A stretch of 60,680 bases of DNA, filler included, from Dugesia japonica (lineage: Eukaryota), in assembly GCA_001938525.1 (NCBI GenBank). It is 6 parts of 6 records of this genome, joined end to end, with 100 filler letters (N's around TTAATTAATTAA, not from the genome) between each part and the next. Parts side by side here need not be neighbours in the genome. Positions count along the whole stretch, not along the records: positions 51,706 to 60,680 come from MQRL01646217.1; 5 more parts are not named here. One strand, given 5' to 3'. The notes under the pieces were generated by a model. That model was not told the origin of the DNA. It was given only the letters and a program-made list of their open reading frames with translations, and ran no database searches. Of this stretch, positions 51,706 through 60,680 are shown piece after piece. A program made the translations under genes and the position numbers. The stretch's first letter is position 1. Every line of letters begins with the position of its first letter.

Positions 51706-52807
51706 ATTTTTGGAAGTAAACCAATTCTTTGTTTCCTTAGATACATGAATAGAAGCGTTATCTTGCTGGAAGACAAAGGTATTCTCAGNAATCTTTAATA
51801 AATATGGTAACAAATTGTTTTTTAATACATCAATGTAATTAGAACTGTTCATTTTTGAAGAAACGAACTCAATAGCAACCGTACCATTTGCATTAAAAGC
51901 AGCCCAAACCACTTGAGAACCGCCACCAAAATTGCGTTTTGAAAAAATAAGTGGTTCTTTCCTTAAATCTTGCCAATATCCGTTGAAACCGCCCGGACCA
52001 CCAAGAACAAACTTCTTTTCATCAGAAAATATTACCTGTAACAAAAAATTTTGAAATAAAAAAATTATAACACAAAAATTTNNNNNNNNNNNNNNNNNNN
52101 NNNNNNNNNNNNNNNNNNNNNNNNNNNNNNNNNNNNNNNNNNNNNNNNNNNNNNNNNNNNNNNNNNNNNNNNNNNNNNNNNNNNNNNNNNNNNNNNNNNN
52201 NNNNNNNNNNNNNNNNNNNNNNNNNNNNNNNNNNNCCAAACTGTTGTTCTACTTGCATCAAGGTTCAACTGCCCCTTAATTAGTTCGACACTTTTTGTGC
52301 TGTTTGATGCTTCATTTACAATTTTTCGTTTTGTACGAGGGGACAAAATGTTTTTACGTCCACAATTCATGTATTTGGTACCATATGCAATATTATTTTG
52401 CAAAAAATTTGATACAACACCTCAACATCGGCCAATTTTTCAAGAAATTGAATGAATTGACTCACCGACCTCATGAAATACTGAAATCTTTCCTTTTTCG
52501 GTTTCCGTTAACTTTTTTCCTCTTCCCATACCAATGAATTTGTTAAAAATATATTAATATGCAAATAAAATATTAAAATTGAATTTTTGGCAAGCATAAA
52601 ACCANNNNNNNNNNNNNNNNNNNNNNNNNNNNNNNNNNNNNNNNNNNNNNNNNNNNNNNNNNNNATTTTTCTAAATTTTTTGAGTAAATACGAATTAATT
52701 TATTTTTAATATAATAGTAATGACTGAAACCTTTTAGCTTTAGTAATAATAATAATATTACTTAAGTAAAGAAAAATATGGTGGTCATATCATTTTGAAA
52801 CAGAGTT
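51706..52807 (-). mobile_element. Tc3-like (Tc1/mariner) transposon, 5' part with intron-containing transposase
   Basis: MGRGKKLTETEKGKI...GRKNILSPRTKRKIVNEASNS...LNLDASRTTVW; VIFSDEKKF...YWQDLRKEP.IFSKRNFGGGS..VWAAF; FQQDNASIH. TIR-like ACTCTGTTTCAAAATGATATGACC at 52807. Confidence 0.9.
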
Positions 52808-53075
52808 TATACGTATAATGTCTTTTAATACTAAATAAAGGAAATTAGTATTTTCAAATAACATTCTTTACAGGTGTTTTTATGTTGATTAAATATATAA
52901 AACAAATCTTTAACAGTTTAATCCTTTGGATGCGTAAATTGACTATAGTCCATCTAAAGGATTAAACTGTTAAAGATTTGTTTTATCTATTTAATCAACA
53001 TAAAAACACCTGTAAAGTATGTTATTTGAAAATACTAATTTCCTTTATTTAGTATTAAAAGACATTATACGTATA
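52808..53075. repeat. Near-perfect long inverted repeat (foldback MITE-like), ~125-bp arms, ~18-nt spacer
   Basis: The arms are reverse complements with a few mismatches and TA ends. Confidence 0.92.
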
Positions 53076-53665
53076 TGTTAATTGACTTTTTTTCGAAAAA
53101 TCTTTTTTTCCAAAAGTCAAGTCATGACGAAGACAGTCAAAATATCGAATTGTTATCAAATATCAATAAAAAAAACTCTACCTTTCAAGATATTGATTTT
53201 AAAAAATTAAATGGAATTTTAAAGAATACTTAATTTTTTTATTAAAAATTTGCATTTTTCAGATCTAATTTTATTTTTCGTTTAACGCGTTCAAAAGGTT
53301 AAATATGTGGGCTGAATTAACAATTTTTCCAAGAAGTGTGGGTATGTTTTATTTTTTTCAAATCATTACCGATGGTCTGCCCCATAACCGCGTTTATAAT
53401 TGCAATACAACTGGTATGAACTATATAACTAAACAACATACTTTTTATCTGACAACTCTCAGGATAAATTATGTCCGTTAAAGAAATTTAATTTGAAAAT
53501 ATCATAGAAACTGTAGAGTTTGTTATAAAAAAGGCTCATGGAACGTATTTTTGAGTCTCTTGTGGTAGAATATTGCGAATCTATTTGTTAAATTTAAATT
53601 TCAAAAAAGATTATTATTCTTCAATCATATAACTAAATAACTTATGAGTACAGCACAGTTATTAC

Positions 53666-54901
53666 CAGGGCTTTGGAGCGGAATCCGGAGCTGGAGTGTG
53701 GAGCATCGGAGCACAAGGTTTTGTCCGGAGCTGGAGCTGAGATCGTAGCACAATAATTTTGATTTCTCCACTGCTCCAGTTTATTAAAAAAATACATTAC
53801 GTAATAGATTTACTAAATGTACTAAAGTAGATATACTAAACTAGTACATACATACATTGCGTACATATCTAAAAATCTATTCCATTTTTTGCTTTGATCT
53901 TATTTTGTTTCATTTAATTTTGAGTGTTTATGGATTTTAAGGTTATAGTATATTTTTTGTCGGAAAAAAGCCGAAAATGAAAATTTTGACAACTTACTTA
54001 TTCATTTAAATTTCTTTATTAAATTATTTAAATAAATTTATGCAAGAAAGTACGAGTCTAATTTGCATTTGAATTGTATCTTCCATGCGAAAACGCGAAG
54101 AGAATCTTTTTAAAAATACGCATTTTTGCTGTAGTTTATGTCGATCCACGCTATAGGATTTTACTAAGTTCATTGCAAAAATTGAAAGCTAAAGAAGGAC
54201 TCTTAGATATCGCTCAACGGCTTGAGAAACAAAATATTCTTCGAAGTTTCAATAAATTGCAACCGAGTTAAGAACTACAATTAGTAACGGTCGAATCCGA
54301 TAGACAAGGAAATAATTCTGCCACTGCCGTAGGCATAAATTCTTCAGAAGATTATGATTTTGAAACAGAGCTAGATAAGCAGGAAAAACGACGAAAAATC
54401 TCAGAAATAAATAATTTCATTGAAGAAGAGTTTGAATCATTTATTTGAAAATTGTTAAATCATGGAGGGCATGGGTAGACTCAAAGTTAAGTCAGTCTTC
54501 GAAGCAATTTATAATTATCCGTCACGAATTCAAGATGCATGTTGAGTGGCATCCAGTATGCCCACTACTCAAGCAAATATCGAGAGACTATTTTCAGCTC
54601 GAAAATTAATATTAAAAGAAAATTAATAATGAAAGAAGGCTTAATCTCAGCAGTTTTATTTTATAGAATAAATAACGAAAATTGATATCGTTTGTATGTA
54701 GTTAGTACATAATATGTACATATATGTAACAACTTGAAATAAAGTTTATTTAGTTAATTTACCGTTAAAAAATTCTTTTTCTTTCAACTTTTCTGGATGT
54801 GTAATTTTTTATAAATTGTCTTTGGAGTATGGAGTGGAGTCGGAGCCGGGTTGTAATGAAGGAGCGGAACACCATAAAAAATTGACTACTTCAAAGCCCT
54901 G
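53666..54901 (+). mobile_element. Internally deleted hAT element with TIRs and 8-bp TSD
   Basis: TIRs CAGGGCTTTGGAG / CTTCAAAGCCCTG, TSD GTTATTAC / GTTATTAA, GGAGC subterminal repeats, YVDPRYR and PTTQANIERLFS motifs. Confidence 0.9.
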
Positions 54902-55159
54902 GTTATTAAATATATTGTTGTTTCTATTTATTATTTAAATAATATTTTCTTGGAATATTTACCTTGTTTGCTAACACTCAATTTTGACCCTCTAAATAAT
55001 ATTTGACAAACTTTATTAATTGAAACATGCAAAATGTATATTTTAGGAAAATATGTGGAAATAAAACAAATTTATCCACAAAAATAAAATTAAAATTAAA
55101 ATATTATCTTTATGATAATTATAATGTAACAAGTCTAATATGAGATATTTCAATTTCAA

Positions 55160-55347
55160 TTTGATAAATCTAATTTTATGCTCAGCAATATTACAATCAC
55201 CGCCAAAACGATTATGCTCTTGAACCCTTGTACAGAGATGACGGCAGTCTCTCCAAGGTATGTAGCAGCACACCCATTACATTAAAATTGATAAACAAGG
55301 TTAAAACACAAACCAATTGGTGTATTGGATTTATTAACAAAGTTATT
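55160..55347 (-). mobile_element. Second Penelope GIY-YIG fragment
   Basis: Close nucleotide match to 34825-35000 (RHLCTRVQEHNRFGG..NIAEHK). Confidence 0.85.
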
Positions 55348-55429
55348 AACAATCTTATGTGAAGTAGAAAAAATATTTTAAAAACTACAAGGAGTTGAAA
55401 AATTTTTCAAATTTCAAGCACAAGCACAG

Positions 55430-55467
55430 AGGTGGGTACTGTATCAGTGCTGCACTATCTACCTACA
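55430..55467 (-). mobile_element. Putative Polinton-like terminal motif
   Basis: Minus strand TGTAGGTAGATAGTGCAGCACTGATACAGTACCC. Confidence 0.5.
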
Positions 55468-55563
55468 TGCATCATATATATATATATAAAAATAAAATTT
55501 TATTTTAAATGACGGTATTTATTTTTTGTAAATAACTATTATTATTTTTTATTTATTTTAAAG

Positions 55564-55689
55564 ATTATCTGCTGTGATTCTGAATCAGGAGAATTAATAC
55601 AAGCCGTTAATTTTATTCATCCAGAAAGCAGAGAAAGTGAAGTCTTTCAAGTGAAATTCAATCATTACATTATCCGGCTTGAAACATAT
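55564..55689 (+). CDS. Probable host-gene internal exon (42 codons, phase 0/0)
   Basis: TTTTAAG|IICCDSESGELIQAVNFIHPESRESEVFQVKFNHYIIRLETY|GTACGA, with an open frame. Confidence 0.5.
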
Positions 55690-57298
55690 GTACGATTTTA
55701 TTTGAATTATGATAGTAATAATTTAAATATGAAATTAATAAAATGAATGACGTAAATTCTATATTTCAACTTATTTTAATGGAAAAAAACATTTTAAATT
55801 ATATATTTTCTATCCTGAAACCTAAAAATAAATGGAAAATGCGAACTTTTTAAACATTTATTGATAATCGAGCGAAATTTCATAACAAAATTAAAAAAAT
55901 TTTGTATTTATAATTTTTTTTCGTACTTCAGTTTTAATTCACAGCAAAAAAATTATTAGCATTATTTATTTACTTTATCTATACTGTTATATCCGGTTTT
56001 AATAATAAAACATGCTTCTCTTTGTTTGATTCTGACCACTACAGTACTGGTCAACGTTTTAAAAAGTCGATATGTATGTTAATTTTTATAATAAAAAATA
56101 TTTGTTCAATTTGGTATCATAAATGTTTGGTAATTTTCATTTGATTGCGGTGAATTAAAATATCAATACTTTTGTTTAAAAATTTCTTTGGTGGTGAATT
56201 AAAATTGAAGCACCATTTTTTTATTATTTTCTCATTTCTGATATGAATGTAACTTAGTTGTGTAATAATAATATATAATAAACACTGAAAAAAGTATGCT
56301 CTTTGCAAGTTTTTGTAGCTCAATTAAAATTTTTAAAGATCAACGAAAAATTCTAAATTTTACTCCTATTTCGTTGAATTTTTTGCACGCAAAAAATAAA
56401 GTCTTTTTTCTTTTGCCCCTTCAGGAAATCAAATTCATGAATTTTGTTTTTTTATTTAATAAATTTAATAATAAATCCTAATAAAAATTAAAAACTTTAA
56501 AAAAAATTGGATTTTTTTAATATTAGATATAATAATAAAATTAAATTCAGATTCATGTTATATCGAGAACTTGTGGCTCAACAGCATTTTTAAAATTTCA
56601 AAAACGGCTCCCCATACATAAATCTCTGAGCACCCCTGATATATAACTTTAATGTTTTTAAAACTGTAATATTTGATCAGAACCTATTTTGAATTTAATA
56701 AGAAATTTATAAAAAAAATTAATAATTAATAAATTAGCAATTAAACTTGTTTTAAATTAGTTTGAAGTTCATTTTATTAATTAAATTGCTAAATAACAAA
56801 TTATAGTTTTATCATATTTACCGTTTGTAACAAGACGAATTAATTAAATTAAGATTGAAATAATTGTCAACTTTACTTTGTGTTTGTTTTTGATTGACCC
56901 AAACTCATGCTTGTGGTTTCGGTTATGTAGGTTTCTTTGATATCAGTTATTTTTTAAAGAATGCATTAACGTTGAGATTTGAGACAATTTAGATTGATAT
57001 GAGACATTTCAGTCAAATTTTTCTAACGAGAAACCGTATGAATGATGCATAGTTCCCAACATTTAGTGACTTTTTGATATTTGTTTTTAAGTTATTAATC
57101 TCAAAATCTTAATTAATTATTAATTAATTTAACAATTGATCTCATTTTTAATTAAAATGAAAAATTATTTCTTAAAATATTTAATTTTTTTAAACTTGTT
57201 TACAAATTTTTGACATAATTTTTAAATAAATAACAGCAGCCGTTTACAAATGTCCACATAAATTATTTGATACGGATTAGAACTACAAGAAAATTATA

Positions 57299-57710
57299 CA
57301 CTAATACCTCGCTTAACGGCCTAGATATGTTCCGAGAAAGTTGGCCGTAAATCGAAAAGCCGTATAACGAATCAATTATTTTGATACAAACCTATATAAA
57401 TTCAATATTATACGTTCAAAATTTTTCTAAAACAACTTACTTTTTTGTTTAAAATGCACATTTTTTCTTTTTATTTCATTTTAAAAAGCGGCCATATAGC
57501 TTGATATGAGTGTATTTGTTATGGGTTTGTTGTTATTTGACACTTGATATCTATTGCGATATTACATAAACAACAATAACAATTTATATGTAGACATTCA
57601 CGAATACAGCTAACCCTCTTATAACACGCAGTGAAAGCCTGCTATGATAAAATTTTAATTTTTTGTTGAATTTTTTGAATTATTATTGTTACTTAAAAGT
57701 GAATATTTTA

Positions 57711-57747
<37 letters not shown>

Positions 57748-57929
57748 TAGTTTTGTTACAAGACCATTTTTTATAATAAACAAAAAATATATACCCCAAA
57801 AAGGTGTGTTTTTTCATTTTTAGAACTGAACTCCGGTTTTTGTACGGAGCTAGTGTTTCCTACACCGTAATTTCTTACAACGCTGTGTTTTCTGCGAACA
57901 TATATATCGCGTTAAAGTAGGATTACCTG
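57299..57929. mobile_element. Tigger/pogo-like non-autonomous element
   Basis: TA|CACTAATACCTCGCTTAACG ... CGTTAAAGTAGGATTACCTG|TA. The ends are related but diverged. Confidence 0.5.
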
Positions 57930-59342
57930 TAAATAAATGCTTCTTCTGCCCAGTGTAGTGTTCATTAGCATTACTTATTTTATTATTAAAAAATTTCATT
58001 AATTCTAATAATCTTAACTTTCATTAAATTATTTTTTGGTGGTACCTAATTTTATAAAAATTATTGAAATTTTGTAAAAAAAANNNNNNNNNNNNNNNNN
58101 NNNNNNNNNNNNNNNNNNNNNNNNNNNNNNNNNNNNNNNNNNNNNNNNNNNNNNNNNNNNNNNNNNNNNNNNNNNNNNNNNNNNNNNNNNATTGATTTGT
58201 TTAATTAATAAAGAAAATCAATTTCAAATCAAAGCCCTATATGAACTGTATAGATTAATTACAATGGAAATATATAATAATTTCATAAATTTTAAATGGA
58301 TGAAAATTCCGGAAAATGAATCGTATTCGCTATTGTGTGATATATGTGTTTAAACTCGAATCAGATTTTACTGAGAAATTCTCAATGTCCGCAATTTCTA
58401 AAAATGGTTCGACAAGTTTCGTTCTGGTAAGTAATAGACCGTATAACAAGCCGACAGGACATAGACAATTTATAGTAGATTATAGTGATTATAGTGTTGA
58501 AGGCTATTGTCGAAAGTGACCCAAAACAAACATTAAAAGAATCACCTGTTCTGCTACAATATAGTACCAGCAGTATCTGGAATAACATGAAACAGGTCGG
58601 AAAACCAACAGATGTGTTGTTTGGGTTTCTCTTAATTTAAGCCCAAAAGAGAAGTTAATTTAAGTCGAGATATGTTAATCATTAGTCATTTTGCATAAGA
58701 AAGACCAATGGTTATCTCCAGATTAANNNNNNNNNNNNNNNNNNNNNNNNNNNNNNNNNNNNNNNNNNNNNNNNNNNNNNNNNNNNNNNTCCTTTCAAAT
58801 TGCTGAAAATAGATCAAACATAAAATTCAAAGATCTACTGTAAAATTTTAATAATTTGAGAACGACACTAATTGTTACCAGGTATGCTTAGATCAATAGA
58901 AATAAAATAATTTCCCTTTCATGATGATGCAAGAGTGACCCATCAAAAACTAAAAGTTTTTTAGTGGGAAGTATTGCTTCAGTCCTCATATAGCTCAGAA
59001 GTTGCATCTTGGATTACTATTTCATTCGGGACAAAATTTTTGACACAATGACAGATATTGAATCTGCCCTGATTCGGGTTTTCAATGCAAAGTTTCTATT
59101 CTGGCATAGATATGATATCGAAAGTTTGATCAAATGTTGGGAAGATTTTGTTGATAAAAATTGCGAATATATATTTGATTGACTTCTTTTAGATATTTGT
59201 ATAAATAAATTTGAATTTTCATAAAAAAAAGATGAACTTTCCATTTGAAAAACCAAATATCATTATATTTTTTTAATCCTTTTATAATTATATTTTTAAT
59301 ATTAAATATTATACTTAAATTATATGTACTTTTAAATTGCAG

Positions 59343-59640
59343 CTTCATGGAGCTCCATATCCGTATTTATCTGAACCTTTAGTAGTTCAACCGGAAATAG
59401 GTCCAGAACCTCCAACAATTCAAATTAAATTATTGAATATTAATGATAGAATAGAAACATTAAATAAGCTAAGAAACTGTATAAATGAAGAAGATGCAAT
59501 TATGAGATGTATTCACTATTGGGGAAGTCAAAATCGTCACACAGCAGANGAAAAGAGTCTTTTCCTTAAAGCTTCATCTTTATTTCCAATAATCCAGGAA
59601 AATATTGACAGCTATCTATATCAAATTTCCCGAAATGAAG
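59343..59640 (+). CDS. Probable host-gene exon (298 nt, phase 0/1), product not recognised
   Basis: TTGCAG|LHGAPYPYLSEP...QISRNE-G|GTATGC. Phase-compatible with exon 55564-55689. Confidence 0.55.
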
Positions 59641-60680
59641 GTATGCAAGTTATTTTTATGTATTTGCTTCTTCAGTATTAATTATTATTTTTTTTAAATT
59701 AAAATTAATAGTATTAAATATTTAAATTTAATAATATATCAAAATTATCAAAAATTTTAAAATTTTATTTAGAGAAAAATTAAAATTCAGTTCGTTACTC
59801 TAAATAGAATTGTCCATTCTTCAGAATTAATTGAGATTGTATCAATTTTCTGAGTTTTGAATATTATGATTATACCCGAAATACGTGATAATTTCTTTAT
59901 TTTACCTATAATAATTTAGTTCTTATTAGTAAGTAAAAAAAGGCTCCTAATAAATAAAATTTAATGACATAGCAGCGTTTCTGTAATCTATGGCTCAATA
60001 TTTAAATAGATAAAAGCATTATTATTAATGCTTATAAATTTTTTTTCGAGCTAATGTCATAAAATTGGACTATTGTAAAATAAATATTGAACATTTTTGT
60101 TCTAAATTAATCCAGAAAACTTCAAAATTTGATTTCATTATGTTGTATCATTAATCAATTTTTATAGTGTTTCTTCTCGAAAAATCCTTCTCGAGAAAAT
60201 AGATAAAATTATAAAGTTTTAATTCTCGAGAGAAATTTGCCAAAAATAAAAATATAATTGTGCATTATTTGATAAGATTTTGTTATTTTAGAAAATTCTT
60301 AAAGCTTCAATAATTTGGTTTTCTATGTTCTGTTTTCATATTCATNNNNNNNNNNNNNNNNNNNNNNNNNNNNNNNNNNNNNNNNNNNNNNNNNNNNNNN
60401 NNNNNNNNNNNNNNNNNNNNNNNNNNNNNNNNNNNNNNNNNNNNNNNNNNNNNNNNNNNNNNNNNNNNNNNNNNNNNNNNNNNNNNNNNNNNNNNNNNNN
60501 NNNNNNNNNNNNNNNNNNNNNNNNAATTATTTATAAAAGCTTTATTAAATTCAATTAAATGTACAAGGTTTCATAAATATAATAAGAAATTTTACAGATA
60601 AAATTTACAATTTAATTATATTGAAACAATTTCAATGCACTTAAAAAAATTAACAATTACAAAAAATTACAAGATTATAA

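Noticed and set aside
58316-58519. ORF with internal GTAAGT donor as an exon of the host gene
   Set aside because: I could not find a convincing acceptor or supporting homology.

Overview
Very AT-rich eukaryotic DNA with short AT-rich GT-AG introns, (AAT)n microsatellites and dense decayed transposons. This is compatible with a planarian such as Schmidtea, which is an inference from composition only. The window is not one locus: it is six contigs of roughly 9-11 kb joined by an artificial 100-nt linker (N44-TTAATTAATTAA-N44), so adjacency across 9.8, 21.2, 32.4, 41.2 and 51.6 kb is meaningless. It contains three decayed Polinton/Maverick-type protein-primed DNA polymerase B copies and a recurrent (A/T)GTAGGTAGATAG..GCAC terminal motif, one per contig. 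It also contains several Gypsy LTR remnants (one with both LTRs and a perfect 5-bp TSD), three hAT remnants, Tc3-like and pogo-like transposases, MITEs, Penelope GIY-YIG fragments, tandem repeats and two probable host exons. The most unusual structure is an element end of about 4.5 kb resembling a giant LTR (26.6-31.0 kb, with a diverged copy at 1-2.6 kb on the minus strand). It holds a CCAAT/TATA promoter followed by a tandem array of four short unknown ORFs, each preceded by its own 3' splice acceptor (mostly the same phase, some starting AG|TG) and mostly followed by AATAAA, plus an antisense membrane-protein gene. Homologues of two of these ORFs recur in the same order at 16.5-17.0 kb, just inside a Polinton-like terminus.
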